Source: Fibrobacterota bacterium (GTDB lineage: Bacteria; Fibrobacterota; Fibrobacteria; UBA11236). From it: a DNA stretch of 60,259 bases. The stretch is from positions 1 through 60,259 of the forward strand of contig JAYUVP010000322.1 in NCBI GenBank assembly GCA_043753995.1. The letters run 5' to 3'. The notes beneath the pieces were generated by a model. It was not told the DNA's origin and ran no database searches. It saw only the letters and a list, made by a program, of their open reading frames with translations. Positions 37,389 to 47,006 of this stretch are shown here, piece by piece. The position numbers and the translations under genes are program-made. Numbering within the stretch: position 1 is the stretch's first letter; every line of letters begins with the position of its first letter.

Positions 37389-37769
37389 ATGCAAAGCGAA
37401 ACCATACTCTTGGTCGAAGACGACCCCTCCCTGCGCTCGGTCGTGCGCTTTTATCTGGAACATTCCGGCTATCAAGTGATTGATGCCGACAATGGCGTCG
37501 ATGCCCTCTTCTTGGGAACGCAATTCCAAGGTCCCATTCATTTGCTTTTCACCGATGTGGAAATGTCACCCATGTCGGGACCAGAGTTGGCGGAGCAATT
37601 GTTATTGCATCGACCCGACACCCAGGTGCTTTTCATGTCGGGCAATCACAGCGAAGACCAAATGTTGCAGGGACTTTGCCTGCTCAATGCAAAATTTCTC
37701 GGCAAACCCTTCAATCCCCGCTCCTTGGGGGCCGCCGTGAAAGAAGTGCTTAGCACCGATATCGTTTAA
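37389..37769 (+). CDS. Single-domain response regulator (receiver only)
   Basis: ETILLVEDD, LLFTDVEM, VLFMSG, FLGKPF. Confidence 0.9.
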   Translation: MQSETILLVEDDPSLRSVVRFYLEHSGYQVIDADNGVDALFLGTQFQGPIHLLFTDVEMSPMSGPELAEQLLLHRPDTQVLFMSGNHSEDQMLQGLCLLNAKFLGKPFNPRSLGAAVKEVLSTDIV

Positions 37770-37814
37770 AGCCGCCCAAAGCCATTTTGCCGCAAGCGGT
37801 TAAGTTTTCCAGGC

Positions 37815-38258
37815 ATGAAGCAATGCCTTATTTGCCAAGCCAGCGACGATCAAGCCTCCTTATTACGCCTTCCCGTGACGGTCGAAGGCAATCCCCTGGG
37901 AGATTTTCTGGTATGTTCGGCCTGTGTCGAACTCTTGGGAAAAGAGCAAATCGCCACTCTGGTGCGCACTGCCGCTTCGGAAGGAAGCTATGCTCCCGAG
38001 AATATTCTCGCCGCTCCCGGCAACGAAGAAATCGAAACAGCCGACTCGGTAAATGAGGCCCCAGCCCCGCGCAGCATGGCTCAGGAAGTGCCGGCTGGCA
38101 TTCTGAATGACCCCGATCGCTTCGGGGCTTGGCTGGGCAAAAACCTAGCGCCCTTGCTGCTGGGGCAATACGGGCAGGGTCGCGGGCAGGTTACCCTTTT
38201 GACTTCCCTGACCCAAGACGGGAATGAATTCCAATTTCGCGCCGTTTTGGGCGACTGA
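37815..38258 (+). CDS. Hypothetical protein with N-terminal C4 zinc-finger-like motif
   Basis: CLIC ... CSAC, followed by an acidic linker. Confidence 0.6.
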   Translation: MKQCLICQASDDQASLLRLPVTVEGNPLGDFLVCSACVELLGKEQIATLVRTAASEGSYAPENILAAPGNEEIETADSVNEAPAPRSMAQEVPAGILNDPDRFGAWLGKNLAPLLLGQYGQGRGQVTLLTSLTQDGNEFQFRAVLGD

Positions 38259-38287
38259 CCGCCCCGCTTAAATTACCTTAAGCCTCT

Positions 38288-41200
38288 ATGCCGGCACGAC
38301 TTCGGCTTGCCCCGAAACCCCACTCCTGGCCGCGGTTATTGCCGTCGCCTTCCCTGCTTTTCACCGCCTTGGCTGGCCTTTGGTTGGCTTCTTGCGATGT
38401 CTTCGATCGCGATCTCGGCGAAAATACCGTAGGCAGCAGCAACCTTTCCGAGGGTCCGCTCGATTCCTTGGCGGGAGGTTGGTCTCGCGATTCGATTAGC
38501 GCCAATTTGCAGATATTCGCCTCGCCGACTACCCTCAAGGCAGGAAATCGCGACAAGTCCGAAATCACGGTGAGGGTTTTCGATCGCAATCGCAATCCTT
38601 TGAGCGGACAAGTGGTTCGCTTTGCCGCCGAACGCGGCGGGATCACCGGTCGCGACACCACGGACGAAAAAGGGGAAGCCCATGCGGCTTTCAGCCCCAT
38701 CGCCGAAAACACTGACATTCGCCTTTTGGCGGGCACCGAAATCGACGGTAAAATGCAATTCACCGGCCTGGCCATCAGTTTGAGAGGCCTCTCGGTTCGC
38801 ATTCAATCCAAGGCCGCAGATACTCTGGTCGGCAAGGCCATTCCGCTGGATGTCTTTGTCACCGATGGCGACGGCGAGGCCGTTTCGGGAGCCAAGGTCA
38901 GCCTCGAAGGCGCTCAGGCACTCTCTGGAATCACCGATGGCTCTGGCATTTTTCGAACCTCGGTCACGCGCAGCGATATAGGCACCGTGAGGGTGCGAGC
39001 TTCGGCGCTTGGCGCCAGCGATAGCTTGACCTTAGGGTTTTTCGCCGGGAATGTGGGAACGCGCACCAGCAATTTGTCCCTCTATGTCGACCCCGGGCGC
39101 ATTGCCGCCGCCGAAGGCGTCACCGCCCAGGTCCATGCCATTCTTTACGATGATCGGCACAATCCCGTGGTCGGCAAGACCATAGCCTTTTCCTCCAGCC
39201 ATGGACGCATAAGCCCTTCCGCCCAAACCGACGACAAGGGCGTGGCCACGGTCTCTTTTTTCAGTACACCGCAAAATGTCGATGTCACGGTCTCGGCCAC
39301 GGCGTCGCTGGGCGATTCGTTAAAGAATGCCATGGCTACGGTTTCCCTCACCAGCCTTACCGTCGGCATTCAACCCAACACTCAAGACGCCTTATTGGAT
39401 GACAGCATCACCTTGACCGTGCGGGTTAAAGACGGACTCGGCAAACCCGTCGCCGACGCTCCCGTGGTGATTCGCAATGCCAATCCGAGCAGCGGCCGCA
39501 CCAATGCCAGCGGACTTCTGGTCGTGAAATCGGCCTCAGCCACCGAACAAATGCTCGTGATGACAGCAAGCGCGCTGGGTGCAGCCGACACCGTGAAATT
39601 GTTTTTCTGGAAGAAAATCCCCACGGACACCTTGGTGAGCCGTCCTGCAGTGGGCAACCTCCGCATTTTCGTCGAGCCGCCGCGCCTTCTGGCCAGCAAT
39701 GCCGATGAGGGCAAGGTTCGTGTGGTGGCTTTCGACAATTTGAATAATCCCATTGCCGGGAGGCAGGTGCGCTTTACCGCCAATGCCGGCATCATCACCC
39801 AAATCGATACGACGGATGCCCGGGGCGAGGCCACGGCGACCTTGCGGGCCGTGCCTATCAATACCAATGCTCGCGTGACCGCCTCCATGTCGGTGGAAGA
39901 CTCCTCGCTCAGCGTGGCCACGGTGGTGACTTTCGAAGGCTTGCGTGTCGAAGTTTTGCCCTCGGTGCAAAATGCCTTGATCAATACCACGGTGCCGGTC
40001 ACCTTGAGGCTGACCGATGGTGCGGGCGTTCCTGTACCCGATGCCACCATTTTCTTCGGCGATGCGCCCAGTCTGGGTAAAACCAATGGTGCCGGCCTAT
40101 TGCTCACCTATCTCACCAGCGCTAATCAAAAGCGCGTTCCGCTCAAGGCTACGGCCCTCGGCGCCACCGATAGCGGCTTCGTCGATTTCTGGACGGTTTT
40201 ACCTGGCAAACAACAAGTGGTCGATTCGATTCGCGAATTGCGCATTTTCAGCTCGCGCAGCCAATTGCGCGCCGACAATAGCGACTTTGCCGTGATCACC
40301 GTGATACTCAGTAAAGAAGGCAATAATCCCGCCGTCGGCGAGACCATCAAATTCACCAGCAATCTCGGCATTATAGGCTCAAGCGCCGTCATCGATAGCG
40401 CGGGCCGCGCCCAAATCACTTTGCGCTCCGTGCCCATCAATGGTACTTGCCGAGTCACGGCCACCGCCGTGGGACGCAATCTCACCGCCAGCACCGAGGT
40501 GCTTTTCAGCGGAGTCGCCTTGCAATTGCTTCCGTCGAAAACCGATTTCAAGGTGGGTGAAGACGCCGTCATCGACGCCTTTCTCAAAGATGGATCGGGC
40601 AATCCTATCGGCGGTGACGCGGTGAATTTCACGGCCTCCGGTGCTTCGGCCCTTTTCAGCAATGACTTGAATCAATACACGGTCACGCTGAATCCGCTGG
40701 GACAAGCCCAGGTGCGCGTGCGCAGTGCTACCGCTGGCCCGGTAAAGGTGAAGGCTCTCTCCCTGAATACCGCCGACTCGGTGACCCTTCGCTTTAGCAA
40801 TAACACTTTGACCATGACCACCGACCGAGGTTCGCTAGGCATTGCCGGCAATGACTCGGTGCGCATCACGGCCACCTATGTCGATGGCAATAATGCCGCC
40901 GTGGTGGGCACGCCCATTCGCTTCGCCACCACGGCTGGCCTTATCACCTTGGCGACCGTCAATACCGATGACAATGGCCGGGCCGTCACCTTTCTCAAAG
41001 CCGCCAGCTTCTCGGGCTTGGCCACGGTCCAAGCCACGGCGGCCGGAGGCACTGCGCAAACCCAAATCACTTTCAATGCGGGCAGCGCGGCCAAGGTGAC
41101 TCTCGAAATCACTCCCGACAATATCGCCATCAATGGAGGCCTGGCTAATTTGCGCGCCATCGTCGTCGACGCCCAAGGCAATCGCATTAGCGGGCAAGAT

Positions 41201-42220
41201 GTTTCCTTCCGCATCTTGCAAGGCCCCGGCGGCGGCGAAACCATCACCAAGCCCGTCAGCCAAGCCCAAAGCGGCGTGGCCCTCAGCCAATTGCAATCCG
41301 GCACGGTGCCGAGCACCTATCGCGGCGTCAGCGTCGAAGTTCGCGTAGGTAACTTCGCCGATACGTCCAAACTCACTTTGTCGGGTCCGGCTCGCACCAT
41401 CACCATTTCGCGGCCGGAAGACGACTCTATTACCGTGCCCAAGGGCGGTAATTCCAATCCCAGCACCTTCGCCTTCAATGTGGGCGCGGTTGTGCAAGAC
41501 ATCAATGGCAATCCCGTGGCGGATGGCACCGAAATTCATTTCAGCGCCGTGGTGACTGGCATGGCCATACGCCGCTTGCTGAATGATGGCTGGACCGGCT
41601 TAGGCACGAGCGGGGCCGGTAGCGTCGAAAGAAAGCCTCGCTACAAAACCGTTTATCAAGACATTCCCTTCGAAGACATCAACAACAATAAGGTTTATGA
41701 CCCCGGTATCGACTTGAATATCGACTTCGACCCTACCGTCGCGGCCCGCGGTGAAGACATCAATGGGGATGGCACTTTCGATTGGTCGGCTGCGGATCAT
41801 ACCTATTGGTATGACTTCAACAATAATGGCGTCTGCGATGCTGGCGTCGCGGAAGACCCCAATCCCTTTTTGGTGCCCTTGGACAGCGTCACCATTTATC
41901 ACGATCTCAATAATGATGGCCAATTGAATACCAGCGAGGTCATCGGCGGAGGTTCTTGCAATGACCAACCCGCCTCAAGTGACTTCCCTTATCACCTTTG
42001 GGAAACTCGCCGCTACTTGGCCAACCTACCCTTCACCGAAAATGATTTCGCCGTGGTCATACCCACTTCCGCCGTCACCAAGGGCGGTATTGCCGAAGTG
42101 CAGATTTCTTATCCTCGGCAAGTGTCGCAACGTCTCTTTGTCACTGTGAATGCCGAAGTGAATGGCATACGCGACAAAGACGGCGAGCGGTTCATTCTGC
42201 CGAAAATCGTGGGGCAATGA
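38288..42220 (+). CDS. Large Ig-like (Big_1/invasin-type) repeat lipoprotein with C-terminal Ca-binding-like DxNxD/G motifs
   Basis: Lipobox LASC; about 11 D-x-x-(G/N)-N-P-x-x-G-x-x-V-x-F modules; EDINNNKVYD, EDINGDGTFD, DFNNNGVCD, DLNNDGQLN. Confidence 0.85.
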   Translation: MPARLRLAPKPHSWPRLLPSPSLLFTALAGLWLASCDVFDRDLGENTVGSSNLSEGPLDSLAGGWSRDSISANLQIFASPTTLKAGNRDKSEITVRVFDRNRNPLSGQVVRFAAERGGITGRDTTDEKGEAHAAFSPIAENTDIRLLAGTEIDGKMQFTGLAISLRGLSVRIQSKAADTLVGKAIPLDVFVTDGDGEAVSGAKVSLEGAQALSGITDGSGIFRTSVTRSDIGTVRVRASALGASDSLTLGFFAGNVGTRTSNLSLYVDPGRIAAAEGVTAQVHAILYDDRHNPVVGKTIAFSSSHGRISPSAQTDDKGVATVSFFSTPQNVDVTVSATASLGDSLKNAMATVSLTSLTVGIQPNTQDALLDDSITLTVRVKDGLGKPVADAPVVIRNANPSSGRTNASGLLVVKSASATEQMLVMTASALGAADTVKLFFWKKIPTDTLVSRPAVGNLRIFVEPPRLLASNADEGKVRVVAFDNLNNPIAGRQVRFTANAGIITQIDTTDARGEATATLRAVPINTNARVTASMSVEDSSLSVATVVTFEGLRVEVLPSVQNALINTTVPVTLRLTDGAGVPVPDATIFFGDAPSLGKTNGAGLLLTYLTSANQKRVPLKATALGATDSGFVDFWTVLPGKQQVVDSIRELRIFSSRSQLRADNSDFAVITVILSKEGNNPAVGETIKFTSNLGIIGSSAVIDSAGRAQITLRSVPINGTCRVTATAVGRNLTASTEVLFSGVALQLLPSKTDFKVGEDAVIDAFLKDGSGNPIGGDAVNFTASGASALFSNDLNQYTVTLNPLGQAQVRVRSATAGPVKVKALSLNTADSVTLRFSNNTLTMTTDRGSLGIAGNDSVRITATYVDGNNAAVVGTPIRFATTAGLITLATVNTDDNGRAVTFLKAASFSGLATVQATAAGGTAQTQITFNAGSAAKVTLEITPDNIAINGGLANLRAIVVDAQGNRISGQDVSFRILQGPGGGETITKPVSQAQSGVALSQLQSGTVPSTYRGVSVEVRVGNFADTSKLTLSGPARTITISRPEDDSITVPKGGNSNPSTFAFNVGAVVQDINGNPVADGTEIHFSAVVTGMAIRRLLNDGWTGLGTSGAGSVERKPRYKTVYQDIPFEDINNNKVYDPGIDLNIDFDPTVAARGEDINGDGTFDWSAADHTYWYDFNNNGVCDAGVAEDPNPFLVPLDSVTIYHDLNNDGQLNTSEVIGGGSCNDQPASSDFPYHLWETRRYLANLPFTENDFAVVIPTSAVTKGGIAEVQISYPRQVSQRLFVTVNAEVNGIRDKDGERFILPKIVGQ

Positions 42221-43080
42221 TGCGTATCGAAAGGCAAATGCTAAAGCCGTCTCGGGGCATGAGCGCCACCGCCCTAGCCATGGTGGCCATGGCCATGAGC
42301 CTGACTTGCGTTTTGAGTCAGGCGCAATTCCCCATTCAAAGCATGGGACACGAACGCTTGGGCTTAGCCTATAACCTGATGGCTTCAGGGCAAAATATCA
42401 CTCGCCAAAACGTGCCTTCACAGCAAATGGCGCATCAATTGGCCGTGGGCTATGCTCCCATCCCCTATGTCGGCTTGATCTTGGGTCTTGGCATCGCCCG
42501 CTTTGAAACCGAACCGTCGAATTCCGCCGGAGCCTTTCGCGGCAAAAACGGCTTATCGCCCACTGCCGCCTTGCAATTGGCCACTCCGGCATTTTTGCGC
42601 GGTGTCTTGCGCGTCACCGCTGACCTATCCGTACAGTATTTGTCGAGCGAGGATAATCAAAGCCTGAATTACAATGCCATGGTGGTCGACCCGGCTCTTG
42701 GCTTGCAGCTCTCGCCCTTGGGCTTTCTCGATTTACGCCTGGGTGGACGCCTTCACATGGTCGATGGCCATATCGATTTGCCCCGCAGCAATGCCTCCTC
42801 GACTTTCGCGAATGGCACCACCGGACGCGGATACATAGGCTTTCTGGTCAAGACGCCCGCAGAAGGTGCCTTTTTCGCCGTCGACCTCGACTTTTCTCCT
42901 GAGACCGATGCCAATTGGAGCCACGGCCCCGTAGAAGCCACCGTGCGTGCCTCCATCGGAACCGTGCTAGGCTGGCGTTCCCGCGAGCCTAAGGTCGTCC
43001 CCCGCAATCCTTATTTTCCGAATTATAAAGAGCTTAAGGACAGGCAAGAGCAAATGTCCGACGAATTGCAAAGCGACTAA
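42217..43080 (+). CDS. Small outer-membrane beta-barrel-like protein
   Basis: Signal peptide (SQA-Q) and amphipathic strands; ATGA overlap with the Ig-lipoprotein gene. Confidence 0.6.
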   Translation: MMRIERQMLKPSRGMSATALAMVAMAMSLTCVLSQAQFPIQSMGHERLGLAYNLMASGQNITRQNVPSQQMAHQLAVGYAPIPYVGLILGLGIARFETEPSNSAGAFRGKNGLSPTAALQLATPAFLRGVLRVTADLSVQYLSSEDNQSLNYNAMVVDPALGLQLSPLGFLDLRLGGRLHMVDGHIDLPRSNASSTFANGTTGRGYIGFLVKTPAEGAFFAVDLDFSPETDANWSHGPVEATVRASIGTVLGWRSREPKVVPRNPYFPNYKELKDRQEQMSDELQSD

Positions 43081-43098
43081 ACCGCTCCTTTTTTTCCC

Positions 43099-44337
43099 AT
43101 GCCGAAATTCAGTTATAAAGTTCGCGATCGCGATAATCGCGTGATGATCGGAACCATGGAAGGCTCCACGGTCGAAGAAGTGGCCGATCGCCTCAGCAAT
43201 ATGAATTTCTTGCCCGTCGAAATCCTCGAATTGGGATTCGACGGAACCAGCGCGGGCAAAACCTTGCGCGATGCCTTTAGAGAGGCTTTTAAAAGCAAGG
43301 GGAATAAAATCCCTTTCAAAGATTTGGTTTTGTTCACGCGTCAACTTGGCACCATGGTTGGCCAAGGTGTCACGCTTTCCAAATCCTTAGAACAATTGCA
43401 AAAAGGCGAAAAGCCCATTTTTCAAGCCGTGATCAAGCAAGTCGCCGACGACATTTCCACCGGCTTTACTTTCTCCGATGCCATTGCCCGCCATCCCATG
43501 ATTTTCAATCCCATGTACGTAGCGGTATGCCAATCAGGAGAAGTCGCAGGCGCTCTCGATCGAGTTTTGGAAGGATTAGCGAATTACCTCGAAGATCTTT
43601 ATGTGATGCGACAAAAGGTGAAAACCGCGACGCGTTATCCTCTCGTCCTTTTCATTTTCGTCACCATCATGGTCGTCGGAATCCTTTACAAACTCGTGCC
43701 CACTTTTGAAAATATTTACAAGGGGATGGGCGCAAATCTTCCCCTTCCCACCCAGGTTTTGATTACCCTATCACATGTGATACGAAATCACTTCATATTG
43801 GCGGTTATCGCCATGATTGCGGCCTTCATCGCCTTTCGCGTCGGCCTCAATATGCCGGCATTCAAAGCCATTTACGATCGCAATGTTTTGCGTATCCCTG
43901 TTATCGGGGGTGTCCTGACCAAAAGCATTTGGGCGGTTTTCGCTCGTACCATGGCGCTCTTGCTTGATGCCGGTACACCCATTTTGAAGGCCGTTGAAAT
44001 CGCTAGTGCTGCGGTGGACAACCGCTATTACGCGACCCGTTTGGAACGCGTCTATACCAGCCTAAAACGTGGAACGCAATTGAGCGAAGCCTTGGAAGGC
44101 TGCGGACTTTTCCCCGTCCTGATTATTCAACTCACGTCCACCGGCGAAGCCAGCGGCAAGGTCGACACCATGCTGAGCAAAGCCGCCGAATTTTATGAAC
44201 GCGAAATCAAAGCCGTTGTCGACAATTTGGCTGCCTTGCTTGAACCCATCCTCATTGTAATTTTGGGTGGCATTGTCGGTGCGATACTCATAGCTCTCTA
44301 CCTGCCCATTTTCAAAATGGGCCAATACATTCATTAA
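43099..44337 (+). CDS. pilC: Type IV pilus platform protein PilC (GspF family)
   Basis: MPKFSYK, FTRQLGTM, GEVAGALD, ATRYP, LPLPTQ, GEASGKVD, LLEP, ALYLPIF. Confidence 0.94.
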   Translation: MPKFSYKVRDRDNRVMIGTMEGSTVEEVADRLSNMNFLPVEILELGFDGTSAGKTLRDAFREAFKSKGNKIPFKDLVLFTRQLGTMVGQGVTLSKSLEQLQKGEKPIFQAVIKQVADDISTGFTFSDAIARHPMIFNPMYVAVCQSGEVAGALDRVLEGLANYLEDLYVMRQKVKTATRYPLVLFIFVTIMVVGILYKLVPTFENIYKGMGANLPLPTQVLITLSHVIRNHFILAVIAMIAAFIAFRVGLNMPAFKAIYDRNVLRIPVIGGVLTKSIWAVFARTMALLLDAGTPILKAVEIASAAVDNRYYATRLERVYTSLKRGTQLSEALEGCGLFPVLIIQLTSTGEASGKVDTMLSKAAEFYEREIKAVVDNLAALLEPILIVILGGIVGAILIALYLPIFKMGQYIH

Positions 44338-44357
44338 AGGTTTTTTCGGAGGCAATC

Positions 44358-44768
44358 ATGTCAATTCAACCCATACACCATTTAAAACAACGCGGGTTCA
44401 CTCTCGTTGAAGTGATCGTCGTGGCGGTCATCGTAGCCATCTTGGCGGGCGTGAGCGTGCCGCTGTATTTGGGGTATATCAATAGTTCACGAACCAATCA
44501 AGCTACGAATGCAGCTGGGTCAGCGGCTTCGTTTATCAATGCATGTAGGAATGGCGGAGATAGTGTTGTTGTCGGCAATGCGAGCAGTACAACTGCCCTT
44601 CCTTCGACCGGCGACATCCCTGGAGGGGATACGTTGTCCTGTGCCGGAAACGGCGCCATGATCGCACTACCTTCAGATATAACATTGAATATAGTCAGCG
44701 CGATTTCACTTCGGGCCTTTCACAGTAGCGGTGGGGATTCATCCGCTGCCTTTTCTTATAGTCCGTAA
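44358..44768 (+). CDS. pilA: Type IV pilin, probably the major pilin
   Basis: Prepilin cleavage RG|FTLVEVIVVAVIVAILAGVSVPLY, a Cys pair, SD GGAGG and its own terminator. Confidence 0.85.
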   Translation: MSIQPIHHLKQRGFTLVEVIVVAVIVAILAGVSVPLYLGYINSSRTNQATNAAGSAASFINACRNGGDSVVVGNASSTTALPSTGDIPGGDTLSCAGNGAMIALPSDITLNIVSAISLRAFHSSGGDSSAAFSYSP

Positions 44769-44796
44769 TTTACGAACGGCCACACTGATTTGTATT

Positions 44797-44828
44797 AAAA
44801 CCACTCCATCACCGGAGTGGTTTTTTTT
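44797..44828 (+). terminator. Bidirectional-type Rho-independent terminator after the pilin
   Basis: AAAACCACTCC-ATCACC-GGAGTGGTTTTTTTT. Confidence 0.9.
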
Positions 44829-45216
44829 GTTCCCCCACATCCAATTTTCGCTTCGCCTTTGCCCATTCCACTTTGTTTTATCCTGCCCATTTCCAAAACC
44901 TTGGGAGGACCGTCCCAGTTAGCCAAGGCTCCGGGGCAAGACATGCCGATATCCTCTTTGCCTTTGTCGCGTTCTATCGGCATCCAGAGGTACATTTTCC
45001 GATAGCCTGAGCCTTGGGACCCATTAATTCACATTCAATTCGGGTTCGTTGAAAGCGTCTAGCGATTGCGGATTTTGAAACAAACTTGAAGCTCATTCTT
45101 GTGAAGGAGGAGGTAGGCGGGGCGGTTCTGCGCAAATCACGGGATCGCGGTAATGGGGTTTTATCTCATCTTTTACTAGGGGTTTCCAATATATTCCGCC
45201 AAATATTTTGGAATTA

Positions 45217-45237
45217 CGTTATAATGTCTATATAACG
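45217..45237 (+). promoter_or_regulatory. Palindromic operator overlapping the -10 box of the AbrB-Doc operon
   Basis: CGTTATA-N7-TATAACG, containing TATAAT at 45220-45225. Confidence 0.65.
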
Positions 45238-45247
45238 AGGTGAATTC

Positions 45248-45454
45248 ATGATTAAGCAACTCACGAGGATCGGTAACAGTCAGGGCCTGATCATTGACAA
45301 GGCCATTTTAGACCTCCTAAGCATCAAAGAAGGAGCTTCCTTCGAGATTACCACCAAAAATGGCGGCCTCTTTCTAAAGCCCATCGATATCAAAGATGTG
45401 TATGCCGACGTCTCCAAGCGCCATCGCAAAAGCCTAGACAAATTGGGCCGATGA
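45248..45454 (+). CDS. AbrB/MazE-family antitoxin
   Basis: KQLTRIGNSQGLIIDKAIL (AbrB fold), C-terminal KRHRKSLDKLG; ATGA overlap with the doc-like gene. Confidence 0.88.
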   Translation: MIKQLTRIGNSQGLIIDKAILDLLSIKEGASFEITTKNGGLFLKPIDIKDVYADVSKRHRKSLDKLGR

Positions 45455-45842
45455 ACGATCCCGTTTTTCTATCACGGGAGTGTCCTTTATTTCCAAACGT
45501 TTGAGGCCAACATCACGGGTAGCCCAACCTTGGTTCGTGATACGGAGGCGCTACAGGCCGCCATCGAAGCTCCCAAAGTCACTTTTTTATGGGCAGTTTC
45601 TAATGGATCTCTTTGAAATGGCCGCAACCTATGCGATTGCTATTTCACATCACCACCCTTTTCTTGACGGAAACAAGCGCTGTGCAATGGGTAGTGCTTT
45701 AGCCTTCCTCGCAATGAACGGCTTTGGGGTGCATGAGCACAAAGACGAAGCTCTCGCCGACCTGTTGCTTGATTTTTTTAACAAGACTATCAGCAAAGAG
45801 GTTGTCGCCCAATATTTTCGGGACCATGCATCCGCGGTATAG
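45451..45842 (+). pseudogene. Frameshifted Doc/Fic toxin
   Basis: MNDPVFLSRE / VLYFQ...VRDTEALQAAIEAPKVTF / YGQFLMDLFEMAATY...HHPFLDGNKR lie in three different frames (shifts at ~45481 and in the T-run at ~45583-45588). Confidence 0.82.
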
Positions 45843-45986
45843 TGTGCATCGCCTTTTTGTTCCCTGCGCATCGCCCCACCGGTAATTTTGAACATGGCAT
45901 AAAACTCAGGCCTAGTCGCATCGACCGTTAACCCACAACCGGGTACAATTGAATGTCCGATTTTTAATAGTTAGAATAGGTGTGAA

Positions 45987-46277
45987 ATGAATACCTTGGC
46001 TCAAGTCACAAATGCCCTTTCCAATCACAAGACTGAACTTGTAACCAAGTTCAGCGTGAAGAAAATGGCAATCTTTGGATCCTTCGCTAGGAATGAGCAA
46101 AAAAGGACAAGCGATGTTGATATTCTTGTAGAATTCAGTAAACCTGTTGGCATCGAATTTATCGACCTTGCAAATTATTTGGAATCCCTTTTAAAGCGCA
46201 GGGTTGATTTGGTTTCCAGAAATGGAATCAAACCGAAGTATTTCAGGGAAATCAAAGACGACCTGCACTATGTCTAA
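45987..46277 (+). CDS. mntA: Minimal nucleotidyltransferase (MNT) antitoxin
   Basis: IFGSFARNEQKRTSDVDILVEF (GS-x10-DxD), RRVDLV. Confidence 0.9.
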   Translation: MNTLAQVTNALSNHKTELVTKFSVKKMAIFGSFARNEQKRTSDVDILVEFSKPVGIEFIDLANYLESLLKRRVDLVSRNGIKPKYFREIKDDLHYV

Positions 46278-46522
46278 ACGGACATCCGGCCAAGGATGCA
46301 GTTATTCGAAACTTTGAAATTATAGGAGAGGCGTCGAATCGACTTCCGGATGACTTTAGAAAGCAGTACTCGGAAGTGGATTGGGCCCGAATCATTGGTT
46401 TTCGAAATCGCGTGATTCATGAATATTTTGGTGTCGATCATTCCATTGTCTGGAAAATCGTTCAAGGTTACTTGCCCGAGCTAATCAAGACTATCGCCAA
46501 GATCAGAAAAAAGAGCCGATAA
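46270..46522 (+). pseudogene. hepT: HEPN/DUF86 (HepT) RNase toxin with internal deletion and frameshift
   Basis: The ATG frame (MSKRTS...) stops after 15 codons. Another frame gives KDAVIRNFEIIGEASNRLP...W..IIGFRNRVIHEYFGVD..IVW (R-x4-H). The usual N-terminal helix is missing. Confidence 0.85.
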
Positions 46523-46667
46523 CGAATTTTGAAAATATCATCAAGAACGAGCCGCAAGTCCCCGCACTTTCTGGATGGCTTTTTTGAGGTCGCCCTTGGG
46601 TAGGCTCTTTTTTTCATGGCCAATTCAAACTGATAAGCCAAAACTCTTTTGGCAGCAACAGCCTCGA

Positions 46668-46840
46668 CATCCGCAAAAAAATAGCCGTCAATGCGAATGC
46701 CACACGCTTATTGCCATCAATGAAACAATGGTTCAGAGCCAAACTTTGCAACATGGCGGCCGCCTGTTCGGAAAGCGACGAATAATATTCTGAGCGGGGT
46801 CGCGCCAAGGCACTTTCCAATAAGCCCACACCCCGAACAC
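46668..46840 (-). pseudogene. Internal fragment of a doc toxin gene
   Basis: 173 nt colinear with 48811-48983 (18 substitutions by my count); lacks the native N and C termini. Confidence 0.85.
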
Positions 46841-47006
46841 ACCACAGCATTTCCCCGCCTTGTTTATCGTTCGGCACGACGCGACAGAAGGCGAGCCCTG
46901 AGCGACTGCGAATGTGATGACGCCGCGCTTTTCCAGATTGCGGATTCTTTACACGAACTACCCTGCGATCCTAATCCTGATGCAGGCCCCGGAAGCCTAC
47001 CAGCCT

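Noticed and set aside
44795..45005. Short ORFs on both strands after the pilA terminator
   Set aside because: No motifs or SD, and they overlap the terminator; probably non-coding or decayed DNA.
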